Notes: generated by a model not told the origin, from the sequence alone. A stretch of 27,047 nt of DNA from Bdellovibrionota bacterium FG-2 (GCA_051382305.1 JBBCAV010000130.1:1-27047); one strand, 5' to 3'; shown: positions 1 through 8,889, counted from the first letter of the stretch. Program-made: numbers and translations.

Positions 1-735
1 TCCTTATTCTCCTCTATCACTCGCTCCATCGAGCTATAAGGCACATACGAATATCCATTCTTCAAAAGCCGTAAAGTCGTGAGCGCCCGCGAGAGTCGCC
101 CGTTTCCATCTTGAAAGGGATGGATCCGCAAAAACGAAACGACAAAAAAAGCGATAATCAAAAGCGGGTGAAAATGCTTTGCCTGAAATGCAACGAACAC
201 CCACGCCGCTAGCTCCGCCATTTTTAGAGGAGTTTCAAAAGGAGTTGTTGTCTCAAAAATGATCCCTAAACTATTGCCGGCTGGAGAAAACGCCTCAACC
301 GAATTGGGAAGGTTCTTATACCGCCCTCGATGACGCTCATCTTTGGAGCTATGCCGCAATAGGACGGCATGCAGTTGCTGAATATGATTTTCACTGAGCG
401 GAATTTCCGCCCACGAAGAAAATATGAGCTCCATGAGCTCCGCATATCCCGCCACCTCTTGTTCATCGCGCGACCGAAACGAGTAGGTTTTCACACCCCT
501 TAGAAGCGCATCCACTTCCTGGTCCGTAAGTTTCACGCCTTCGATGCGAGTACTAGAACCTACCGACTCGATAGTAGCCACTAAGTGCCGCAAGACGATC
601 TGGTGCCAACAAATGAGTGGCGGACCAACGGCCCTTGAACTCATCAAGTTCGCTGATGAGACTTAGGATCTTGGGAGTGATTTCTAGTCTTGAATTAATG
701 GAACTCGCAGGATTTATGGGATTCATGGGCACCAT
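1..735 (-). pseudogene. fic: Fic-domain protein (class II), frameshifted near 582 and cut by the left window edge
   Basis: 735..583 encodes ...LEITPKILSLISELDEFKGRWSATHLLAPDRLAAL. After one extra base (582) another frame runs open from 581 to the edge: VATIESVGSSTRIEGVKLTDQEV...LRIHPFQDGNGRLSRALT. The Fic motif HPFxDGNGRxxR lies at 87-122 and the inhibitory (S/T)xxxE(G/N) motif SSTRIEG is present. Confidence 0.88.
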
Positions 736-736
736 A

Positions 737-773
737 TATCCAATATTTTATCCATTTATATCCACAAAGGCAA
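737..773 (-). promoter_or_regulatory. Putative sigma70-type promoter of fic overlapped by three TGGATA direct repeats
   Basis: Minus strand TTGCCT (773-768), 17 nt, TAAAAT (750-745), 9 nt, ATG (735). Plus-strand TATCCA at 737-742, 749-754 and 759-764. Confidence 0.5.
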
Positions 774-847
774 CGGATTTGGTTATAAATGAGTATAAAA
801 GGTTAATATATTGGACTAATGCGTAACAGCACAATAAGCGCCCCACA

Positions 848-1360
848 CTACTCAGCCAAGCAAGACTTCACGTTTTCCGCCACCCTGGAGAGATGCGCCC
901 AGGCCCGTTCGAAATCAAATGGTTTGAAATCCTCCGGCCGCAACACGCTCCTAAGCTGGGTATCAACCTGCTCTTTCAAATCTTTCTTGCGCTGCTCGTG
1001 AACTTGGAATCCCGAATTGCCACCGACCTGCACTTTCTTTCCTGCCAGCCCCATCAGCTCAGTATCGTCTTCTCGAATCACTTTTTTTCTGATCGCATAG
1101 TCTACATCATAGAGATCCCGAATGGCCGCTCTCTCCCGAGTCAATGCAGCTCGAATCTTTTCCGCATAAGCCTTACTCAAAAGCGTTCCGCCCTTAAAGT
1201 AGATCTTTGACTCCGAATCTCTCAACGCATGCAAAACTAAAGAACAGAAATAATCCTTTTCAATAAGATATGCGTCAAAATTCGTCTCACTTGCCGAGTA
1301 TAAAACGGCATCTTTGAACTGCTGACGATCCGCGTGTGGTAACTTTGATTCACTTTTCAC
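848..1360 (-). pseudogene. abiEii: AbiEii/AbiGii-family nucleotidyltransferase toxin with an internal in-frame deletion
   Basis: Has EKDY and FKGGTLLSKAY at the N-terminus and AEKIRAAL.R...IRDLYD at the C-terminus, but these are directly joined; the usual R(F/L)SEDxDF motif is missing and the ORF is only ~170 aa. Likely GTG start at 1360, overlapping the upstream stop. Confidence 0.8.
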
Positions 1361-2165
1361 CGACAATCACCCCCCACTTCCTATCCACTTTACCCCGTCT
1401 ACCCTTTGAAGGGTAAAGCGGGACCAGTCCCTTGGAAATGGGCAAATCTACATGAATTTTTTTTGCCCATTTCGCCCCGCCTTCAGCTTGATCGAGAGTG
1501 TATCCCACCCTCCTCCGCGCACCAACGTTCCCAAACTTTAAAACAATCGCAATAAACTCTCGCATAAACCTACTATCATTTACCCGCCCTTGGAGCCAAC
1601 CATAGGCATCCTCCAAAACCCCGCAGCGCTCATAGTCATAGATCGCATCAAAAATTGCTCGCGCCAATGACCCCATCTTGATGACGTAATCACCTTCACG
1701 CTCACTCACGGTAAATTCAACAACACTCCCCATACGTTTCTGATGCACCTTAATGAAACGAAACTCTTGTCCCAAAATCGTCTTCACGCCGGAAAGCCTA
1801 TCGTTATAAACGTCAATACGGGACGACATCTGCTGACTTAAGCCATGACGCTGAAAGGAAATACCCCCAGTAAGCTGCCATGCACTAGCTCCAAGTTCTC
1901 TCATCAAAACAGAAACAACAACAAGCGGCAAGGGCTTCCATTTTCCACCGATCGGCAAATTCCTCGGAACGAGATATAAACCCCGCTTGACCTTGGCGAT
2001 CCGCTGTTTTTTCCCCAAAGAATACAGAATTGCCTCTTCCTGGCGCTTGGTGAATCCAAGTTCTTTCACCAAATCTCCAGATCTAACAATTCGCACGTCT
2101 CGATTCTGAGTCCATGCGAGCAACTGAGTCACTAATTCACCTAGACGCCTCTGTTGAGTATGCAT
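1350..2165 (-). CDS. abiEi: AbiEi-family type IV TA antitoxin / transcriptional regulator
   Basis: N-terminal winged-helix-like segment ending RIAKVKRGLYLV, AbiEi-like central region, C-terminal KWGVIV, and 3' overlap with abiEii. The ORF track starts at 2177; ATG 2165 is preferred from promoter spacing. Confidence 0.82.
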   Translation of the reverse strand: MHTQQRRLGELVTQLLAWTQNRDVRIVRSGDLVKELGFTKRQEEAILYSLGKKQRIAKVKRGLYLVPRNLPIGGKWKPLPLVVVSVLMRELGASAWQLTGGISFQRHGLSQQMSSRIDVYNDRLSGVKTILGQEFRFIKVHQKRMGSVVEFTVSEREGDYVIKMGSLARAIFDAIYDYERCGVLEDAYGWLQGRVNDSRFMREFIAIVLKFGNVGARRRVGYTLDQAEGGAKWAKKIHVDLPISKGLVPLYPSKGRRGKVDRKWGVIVGEK

Positions 2166-2172
2166 GCTATTT

Positions 2173-2202
2173 ATCATAACTCATAACTAAAAGGAGTAGC
2201 AA
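2173..2202 (-). promoter_or_regulatory. Putative sigma70 promoter of abiEi-abiEii (leaderless-type)
   Basis: TTGCTA (2202-2197), 18 nt, TATGAT (2178-2173), 7 nt, ATG (2165); no Shine-Dalgarno; tandem GTTATGA repeat overlaps the spacer and -10. Confidence 0.5.
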
Positions 2203-2235
2203 GAAATACCATACAACCAAACGCCTCACTTCACC

Positions 2236-3405
2236 CTAAGCCCAACCTTTACTCAGCAAATCCTCAAGCGCGCCAACATCTTTGCCCGCAGCCGCCCAAG
2301 CCTCGCGCACCACGGCCTTAAACTCGCTCTGAAAGTGCTGACGCGTGAATACTGAAGCGCGCGCACGACAATCAGCCTCTGAAAAAACCACCGCGCCCGA
2401 TTCAATCTTCTGGACCGCTTCCATCAATGCTTCGACCGTCTGTGGGACAAACAGCACACCCGTCTGAGGAGTCACCGTCTCGCACGCCCCGCCCTCACCA
2501 AACGCAATCACAGGAGCGCCTGAAGCCATCGCTTCAACCGGCGTGATGCCAAAGTCGTCTTTGCCCGGAAACACAAACGCGCGGCACTTCGAATACAAAT
2601 CCGCAATCGCTGTGTTCGAAAGCGAACCTAAAAAATCCACCGTCGGGCCCGCGATCTTCTTCAACGCCTTTTGCCCGGGGCCCGAACCGACAATGAGCAA
2701 CGGCAGCTTCAGCCGGGTAAACGCCTCAATCGCCAAATCCACACGCTTATTAGGCGCAAACGCACCGACCATTAAATAACATTTCCCTGGGAGCCTAGGC
2801 TTTGTAAACCGCGACTGCTCCGCAAAAGGATAAATCACCTTCGCGTCTCGCCCATACAACTCGTGAAGCTGACGGGCAATGTACTGACTATTGGCCACCA
2901 ACACATCCACCCGCTCTGACGTACTAACCGAGCGATCCCAATCCTGAAGCCGCTTGCGCACGAGAGATGCAGCCAACCGAACCGGAAACCGCGCGCGCCC
3001 CTTACCAAAATAATCTTCAAACCGATCCCAAATATACCGCATCGGCGCATGAACATACGAGATGTGAACCGCGCCCGGGGCTTTGCGAATCCCTTTGGCC
3101 ACACAATGAGACGAAGAGATCACGAGATCAAACCCCGTGAGATCGAATCGATCGATCATCCCTGGCATCAGGGGCAAAAAATAACGATAACGCTTTTCAG
3201 CCTGCGGAACTTTTTGCAGCCAGCTCTTATGAATTTTCAGCGTACTCAACACTGGCGAAATCGCCCCCGGCACATGAAGCAGCGTAAAAAGATCACTCTT
3301 TGGAAAAAGCTCGGCAATGGCTTCGAGAACGTATTCGCCGCCGCGCATTCCGGTGAGCCAGTCATGAACCAGAGCAACTCGTATCGGCGATTGGGAAGCC
3401 ATCAC
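2236..3405 (-). CDS. Glycosyltransferase family 4 (WbaZ-like)
   Basis: VALVHDWLTGMRGGE N-terminus, SSSHCVAKG, and GT-B motif DDFGITPVEAMASGAPVIA; ATGA overlap with the upstream gene. Confidence 0.93.
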   Translation of the reverse strand: MMASQSPIRVALVHDWLTGMRGGEYVLEAIAELFPKSDLFTLLHVPGAISPVLSTLKIHKSWLQKVPQAEKRYRYFLPLMPGMIDRFDLTGFDLVISSSHCVAKGIRKAPGAVHISYVHAPMRYIWDRFEDYFGKGRARFPVRLAASLVRKRLQDWDRSVSTSERVDVLVANSQYIARQLHELYGRDAKVIYPFAEQSRFTKPRLPGKCYLMVGAFAPNKRVDLAIEAFTRLKLPLLIVGSGPGQKALKKIAGPTVDFLGSLSNTAIADLYSKCRAFVFPGKDDFGITPVEAMASGAPVIAFGEGGACETVTPQTGVLFVPQTVEALMEAVQKIESGAVVFSEADCRARASVFTRQHFQSEFKAVVREAWAAAGKDVGALEDLLSKGWA

Positions 3406-4382
3406 AAACGAGTCTTAAAATATTCGAGCGTTTTAGCAAGCCCCTCTTCCAACGAGACTTTTGGCTCCCAGCCCAAGAGCGTGCGCGCGCGCGTGATATC
3501 GGGACAACGCTTGCGTGGATCATCGGGACGAGCAGGCTGCGTGGTCAGCGTCGAGGTTGATCCCGATAATTTTATCACCGCTTCAGCAAACTCTCGCACC
3601 GAGCGCTCCACGGGATTTCCAATGTTCACCGGATCGTGAATGTTGCTCTCAAAAAGGCGCACGATTCCATCGACAAGATCCGTGACGTAGCAAAAGCTCC
3701 GCGTCTGACTTCCATCGCCGTGAATCGTGAGTGGCTTGCCTTGCAGAGCTTGCATACAAAACTCAGGAACGATGCGCCCGTCATCGGGACGATTGCGAGG
3801 ACCGTAGGTATTAAAGATCCGCACCATCCCGCCATTCAAAGGCTTCGAGCACCCCTCAGGCCAACGCCCCACTCCCCGATTGGCAGTACTGACATAGGCT
3901 TCGGCAAAACGTTTCGCTTCATCGTAACAGGCGCGGGGGCCAATCGTATTGACGTTGCCCCAATAGTCTTCTTTCTGAGGATGCACGAGCGGATCGCCGT
4001 AAGTTTCAGAAGTCGAGGCGAGCAAGTAGCGCGCCTTATAACGGAGCGCCAGCTCCACCGTGTGCTTTGTCCCTTCAGAATCCACCGCCAAAATCTCAAA
4101 CGGAATTTTCTCGAAATCCACAGGACTTGCCGGACACGCAAAATGAAACACGCCATGCAGCCCATGTTTTGCGAGCAACTCCAAACGCTGTTCCGGAATC
4201 GGCTTGCACACATCCCATTCCAATAGTCGCATATTGGGATCTTCAAGCGCTTGCGCAAGATTCAGTTTTCGGCCTGTTACAAAATTATCAACCGCCGTGA
4301 CCGCGTAGCCCTTGCCCAACAAAGCCTCACATAAGTGCGACCCAATGAATCCCGCTCCGCCGGTAATGATTATATGTTTCAT
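3402..4382 (-). CDS. UDP-glucuronate decarboxylase (UDP-xylose synthase)-like extended SDR
   Basis: TGGAGFIGSHL Rossmann motif, HFACPASP, ASTSETYGDP, YWGNVNTIGPRACYDEAKR (YxxxK), RIFNTYGP, GSQTRSFCYV, DDPRKRCPDI. Confidence 0.92.
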   Translation of the reverse strand: MKHIIITGGAGFIGSHLCEALLGKGYAVTAVDNFVTGRKLNLAQALEDPNMRLLEWDVCKPIPEQRLELLAKHGLHGVFHFACPASPVDFEKIPFEILAVDSEGTKHTVELALRYKARYLLASTSETYGDPLVHPQKEDYWGNVNTIGPRACYDEAKRFAEAYVSTANRGVGRWPEGCSKPLNGGMVRIFNTYGPRNRPDDGRIVPEFCMQALQGKPLTIHGDGSQTRSFCYVTDLVDGIVRLFESNIHDPVNIGNPVERSVREFAEAVIKLSGSTSTLTTQPARPDDPRKRCPDITRARTLLGWEPKVSLEEGLAKTLEYFKTRL

Positions 4383-4420
4383 TATATGATATGTTTCCTA
4401 GGCGCAAAAAATAACACATC

Positions 4421-6757
4421 CTAAAGGGAATTGTAAATCCGATCCATCGTTGCGCCGAGATTCTCCGCACTAAAACGGCTCAAAATCGCACGCCGAGTCT
4501 CCACGGAGGTCCGCACCCCTCCTTTGCTTGCAACCTGCTGCATCGCGCGAGTCCAGCCTTCCGAATCACGGGGATCAAGCCAAACAGCCTCCTGAGCCTT
4601 AAGATCCACAAGTCCCTCGCGATGAGGCGGAATTTCTGAAACCAAAATCGGCACCCCAAGTGCCGCGGCCTCAACCGGCGGCAACCCGAATCCCTCATAG
4701 AGAGAAGGAAATACCAACGCGCCCGCACCTTCAATCAGCGCCCGCGTTTCATGAGGAGCCACACTCCCAAGCGCCACGACTCCCGGCACGTCGGCGTACT
4801 CTTTCATACTAACTGCAAGCGCCCAGGCCTGTGGCGCAGTTTCACGATATTTCGAATAGGCCTCTACCAGCATTGCGACATTTTTATGAGGTTTCGGATT
4901 TGAAAGCGCAAAAAAATACTGGCCCTTCTCTAACCGATATTTCCCCAAAACACCGGAGATCAAGCCTTCGGTCACGGGCTCCGCAAGAGCGGGGTCAATC
5001 GTATTGTAGGCAATCACAATGTCCTGCGGCGCAACCCTGAGCCAATCCGCAATCTCAGCCCGCGAAAATTTGGACACCGTACAAACCACCGCCGCCCGCT
5101 TCGCGAACCTGTTGAGCAAAAACCGATAATACAGTTTATGAAACAATCCCCCGTAAGTGAGATGATTCAGATCATGAATTGTCACCACCCAAGGACACGG
5201 TGCCCAAGCTAAGCTTGCAAACGTCGGGCTATGGTAAAGATCAGCCTCCAAGGCCTTCAAAACTCGCGGAATTTCAACCAACTCCGCCAACGACAAAAAC
5301 CGAGACCGACAAAATACCCGAGGAAAATCAGCAAAAACCGTTCGAGCAATCGACTCGCGCATCTCTTCATTAAGTAAAAAAACGACCTCGTAACCTAGCT
5401 CTTTTTTCGCGCGCAGGCCTTCGGCCAAAAAGGTAATATAGCGAGCAAAACTATGATGAACGGCGTCCACAGAGCGCGCATCGATTACGACCCGCCGGCG
5501 TTTCTTTTGCTGGACGCCCGCTGCCGTGACCTCGTTTCCCAAAAGCGCCCAAGCTACCACCCACATAAGTTGATGAAGGACTTTGCCTTCGGCAAAATTA
5601 GTCTGGGTCAGCCCATTAATATGAAAAACAATCCAAGCGCAAAAAAGCCCGCGTCCGCGAACGTCTGAAAAGAGATGCACCAGACGGGTTTTCCAGAAGA
5701 GAACACCCACAAACACACACCAAGCAAACCAAGAAACCGTCCCTAAAAGTCCCGTGCCTCCTAGATAATCCAAGAAGTTATTATGAGCATGCCCACTAAA
5801 GACACTCGCTCCGCCATGCTTGCTCATTAAATAAAAACCCGAGAGTTCAATGTTGTGGTGCCACCCAACCCCCGTAAAAAGACGCGCCTTGAAAAATTCA
5901 AAATTTGCTTCCCAAAGTTCCTTACGAGTGGCGACCCCCAAAGCATGATGCATGCGTGCGGAAATCACCGGATGCTGCGACACTGCAATTCCACCCAACA
6001 CAAAAACCAGCGCAAGGGGTAATGAAATTTTCTTAGGCAAACTCCACGAAATCCAAATCAGCAACCCCAAGGGAAGCGCAATCCAAAGCGTGCGAGAGTA
6101 AGTCGCAAAAAGCACAAAAGCGCCAGCAGCCGCCAGGACTCCGAAGGCCCACCGCATGCGATCAGAGCGAGCAAGTAACAAGCGATCAAGCCCGACAAAA
6201 AACGGAAAAATCAAAATACTGGCAACCGACAAATGATGCCCAAAAAAAAGCGTCGAGTGAAACCGATGCTCAAGCCCCGGAATATGCTGCGGCCTCGGCC
6301 ACCCCGTAAAATGCTGAAAATCGCCTATTACCACTACAACCGCGTAAGCAATCATCCAGGCCCAGAAAACTGATTTCCGTGATGCCGCCGGAAGCGCTCG
6401 AAGTCCCACCACCAAAAAGAGCGGCCAAAACAGGTACCAGCCCTTTGCCATTTCTTTAAAGAAGAAAACCTCTGAAACACGCCCGCCTACTTCAAGCGGC
6501 GCCCATTTTGCAAAAAGAAGACTCAAAACATAGGCGAAAACAAGTAAACCCGAAAAGGCTAAGTAACGTCGAGAAGCAGAACGAGTCAGTTCTGCTTTAA
6601 GGAGTGCTCGCAGCCCAAGGGGGCCGCCCGCGCCTGCAATGAGCGCACACAAGACCACGACCGCGCCGATACTCATCGTCGCCATAGAGCCAAGCGACAA
6701 GACGGCATAAATTCCTAAGCCCCAAGCGATTATTTGATCTCGCCTGGCCGTTAGCAA
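4421..6757 (-). CDS. Fusion: O-antigen ligase-like (Wzy_C) membrane domain plus C-terminal GT4 glycosyltransferase
   Basis: First ~410 aa are multi-TM with TYSRT, R..LW, FTGVG and HAHNNFL motifs. Last ~355 aa are GT4 (VVIDAR, TIHDL, TVSKFS, FPSLYEGFGLPPVEA). One continuous ORF, TTG start overlapping the upstream stop. Confidence 0.88.
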   Translation of the reverse strand: MLTARRDQIIAWGLGIYAVLSLGSMATMSIGAVVVLCALIAGAGGPLGLRALLKAELTRSASRRYLAFSGLLVFAYVLSLLFAKWAPLEVGGRVSEVFFFKEMAKGWYLFWPLFLVVGLRALPAASRKSVFWAWMIAYAVVVVIGDFQHFTGWPRPQHIPGLEHRFHSTLFFGHHLSVASILIFPFFVGLDRLLLARSDRMRWAFGVLAAAGAFVLFATYSRTLWIALPLGLLIWISWSLPKKISLPLALVFVLGGIAVSQHPVISARMHHALGVATRKELWEANFEFFKARLFTGVGWHHNIELSGFYLMSKHGGASVFSGHAHNNFLDYLGGTGLLGTVSWFAWCVFVGVLFWKTRLVHLFSDVRGRGLFCAWIVFHINGLTQTNFAEGKVLHQLMWVVAWALLGNEVTAAGVQQKKRRRVVIDARSVDAVHHSFARYITFLAEGLRAKKELGYEVVFLLNEEMRESIARTVFADFPRVFCRSRFLSLAELVEIPRVLKALEADLYHSPTFASLAWAPCPWVVTIHDLNHLTYGGLFHKLYYRFLLNRFAKRAAVVCTVSKFSRAEIADWLRVAPQDIVIAYNTIDPALAEPVTEGLISGVLGKYRLEKGQYFFALSNPKPHKNVAMLVEAYSKYRETAPQAWALAVSMKEYADVPGVVALGSVAPHETRALIEGAGALVFPSLYEGFGLPPVEAAALGVPILVSEIPPHREGLVDLKAQEAVWLDPRDSEGWTRAMQQVASKGGVRTSVETRRAILSRFSAENLGATMDRIYNSL

Positions 6758-7626
6758 TCAAGCACCTTTTGTTTCGAGTTCTTATCTACAATGCCGATTC
6801 GCGCTAACGAAAAATCAAAACGCACGGGATCCGTGGGATCCACTTTGCGAAGCGCGGCAGTCACTTCAAGAGCAGCTTTCCAATCCAGGGTTTTTCGCTG
6901 GGTCAATCGCAGGTTGCGACTGATCCGCCCCACATGAACATCCAGCGGAATCACAAGCTGCGCAGCCGACAGAAAACCCTTATTTCGAACCAGTTCCGAG
7001 CCTTGCGTCCAAAGTCCTAAATCGATTCCATCGCGACGCCCCATCCAGCGCAACAGCATACACCAGCGCTTGCAACAACTGCCGTCTTGGGGCGCGGTCA
7101 AAAAATGAGACTTTGCAAGCGCCGGCTCTCGCGCTCGAATTTCGGAGATTAGCGAATTAAGCGCCGATTCAAAAGTCGAGACGTCTTCAACACTATGGAC
7201 AGCACTATGGGGCGAAAGATCGCGAACAAAACGAGCCCCCAAAGAACCATGCTCCGTCCAAATCAGATTGAGTGTTTTGAAAAGAGCCAAGACCTCGGGC
7301 CCGCGATTGAAACGATGAACAAAACCCTCAAAACATTTTGCTGCCGCTTGCAATCCCGCCTCATGAGAGAGACTGCGGACAAACTGCGAAGGCGTAATCG
7401 CGATCCGCTCGATTCGACCCAACACATCACGAATCGAATGTCGGATTTGCACGACGTTTCCGTAGGCCAAAAGAGCGGCAATCAGAGCCACCGGCTCCTG
7501 ATCCCAGGGCGATTTATAGTGATGCACAAACTCCAGTGGATCGGAGCTCAAAAACTCAGAACGATGGAATCGGTTCTCGTTTTCTCGCAGAAACTCTTCC
7601 AGCTTTGGGGTCGAAATTGGGAGCAC
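6751..7626 (-). CDS. TIGR02757/DUF2400-family protein
   Basis: SDPLEFVHHY...D.EPVALIAALLAYG.V..I, SCCKRWCMLLRWMGRRDGIDLGLW, LVIPLDVHV, DPTDPVRFDFSL. GTG 7626 is a more plausible start than 7752. Confidence 0.85.
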   Translation of the reverse strand: MLPISTPKLEEFLRENENRFHRSEFLSSDPLEFVHHYKSPWDQEPVALIAALLAYGNVVQIRHSIRDVLGRIERIAITPSQFVRSLSHEAGLQAAAKCFEGFVHRFNRGPEVLALFKTLNLIWTEHGSLGARFVRDLSPHSAVHSVEDVSTFESALNSLISEIRAREPALAKSHFLTAPQDGSCCKRWCMLLRWMGRRDGIDLGLWTQGSELVRNKGFLSAAQLVIPLDVHVGRISRNLRLTQRKTLDWKAALEVTAALRKVDPTDPVRFDFSLARIGIVDKNSKQKVLDC

Positions 7627-7734
7627 GCTTCTGGTCTGACACACCCCGTGGGAATAGTCAAAGGAAGGTGGCTGCGCGAATTTTGACGCCACAACCCATT
7701 GCCGCCAGGGGGTTCGCTTTGCTTTGATTTTGAG

Positions 7735-7917
7735 GGAGGCAACGAAAGTCATTTGTTTGATGAACGGTGAAAGTCCTTTGGGTGCAGTTGATCGGAATTG
7801 AATTTCTCAATGCTGCGCCGAGGGAGCTTATTCCGATCAATTCCGGAAACTGGGTAATGAGATTCGGAAGGACCTACCCATAAAGATGCGACTGCATTCA
7901 CGCGAAAAATTAGCGTG
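7735..7917 (+). ncRNA. Candidate structured non-coding RNA (long interrupted hairpin), family not recognised
   Basis: Nested complementary segments: 7747-7750/7890-7893, 7756-7762/7879-7884, 7766-7768/7876-7878, 7773-7779/7867-7873 and a perfect 11-bp pair 7788-7798/7830-7840; 3' hairpin 7899-7917. G-U pairs favour the plus strand. Confidence 0.4.
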
Positions 7918-7983
7918 GTTAAGTGATAAGGTTTGGAGCGTGCGCGTTAGATGTGGGGCACTCGAGTTGAAAGCGCGTTTATC

Positions 7984-8685
7984 TCACTCCACTGCAGGAA
8001 TCTTTTCGACGAGATCGGTTATTGCGCTCGCTCTATCATCTTCTAATACGCCAAAGAAACCCACTCGCGGAAATCTCTTACCGCTTTTGGCAAGCTCGAT
8101 AGCTAGCTTCTTGTACATTTTCCTGCTCTCATCCGACTGGGGAAAAATCTTGTAAGCAATAATGACCTTACCGATTACGGTCTCTGAGGGGGACTTTTCC
8201 CATGGATTCCAGTTCTTCTCAGCAGTTGGCAGGGCATCGGCAATTTCTTGTTGGTTCAGAGCTAAGAGTTCGTTTTGAATACTCTCAATGGTTGCTGAGC
8301 GATCCCCTACTAAAGGGGAAATGGCATCCTCTCGATTATTAACCAGAGAGTCAAAATATCGCGCGAGGACGATTGCTTCGTTCGCTGGTGATACGTCCCC
8401 GAAAGGCGCATTTTTCACATTCACCAGCCTAGTTTCAAGGGCAAAGCTCGCTTTCGCGATCCAAGGTAAATGCTCTGAAACCTTTGTGGCCACAACGCCG
8501 CGGGAACGGTCGAACTCAAACTCTTTAGAAGTGCTATCCGCCGAGGCCGAGATAACGGCAATCAGTTGTTGCATGCCCTTCAGATTTTGGGACAGTATTG
8601 GGCCCCCTGAGTCTCCATGATATACGCAGAGCTGATCACTCCCTTTTATCAGCATATCCGGGCGGGTGTCGAGAGCTTTGACAGT
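7984..8685 (-). pseudogene. 5'-truncated trypsin-like (S1) serine protease with an unknown C-terminal domain
   Basis: CVYHGDSGGP catalytic-Ser motif lies about 10-19 aa after ATG 8655; an in-frame TGA occurs 11 codons upstream; no catalytic His/Asp segments or signal peptide found in upstream frames. Confidence 0.7.
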
Positions 8686-8866
8686 TCAAGATTACCTCAT
8701 ATGGACGCGCTATGGTCTGAACTCACCACCAAACAATCAACGGGCCTGCTAACGAAGAATAAAGAGACTTCAAATTCCAACTTCCAGATTCTGATAACCA
8801 TGACTGCTGACTCGAATTTCTCGATTGTTTGTCAGTCCACAACATAGCCTGTAGCGATACCAATTC

Positions 8867-8880
8867 TGTTCGGTTAAGGG
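8867..8880 (+). repeat. Left arm of 14-bp perfect inverted repeat
   Basis: TGTTCGGTTAAGGG; extends by CTT/AAG with one bulged G. Confidence 0.9.
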
Positions 8881-8889
8881 GCTTGGGTT

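Noticed and set aside
737-830. AT-rich stretch with DnaA-box-like words as a replication origin
   Set aside because: No perfect DnaA box, very short region, and no oriC-type neighbouring genes.
2543-4300. Antisense ORFs of up to 196 aa over the GT4 and decarboxylase genes
   Set aside because: Fully overlap well-supported minus-strand genes and have no recognisable features.
7627-7752. 42-aa N-terminal extension of the TIGR02757 ORF
   Set aside because: Family-like sequence starts near GTG 7626; the extension covers probable promoter and ncRNA sequence.
7765-7828. CGGTGAAAGTCC and GCCGAGGGAGC resemble pieces of RNase P RNA, group II intron, or cobalamin/glycine riboswitches
   Set aside because: The other conserved elements of each family are missing, so the region is kept only as an unassigned structured-RNA candidate.
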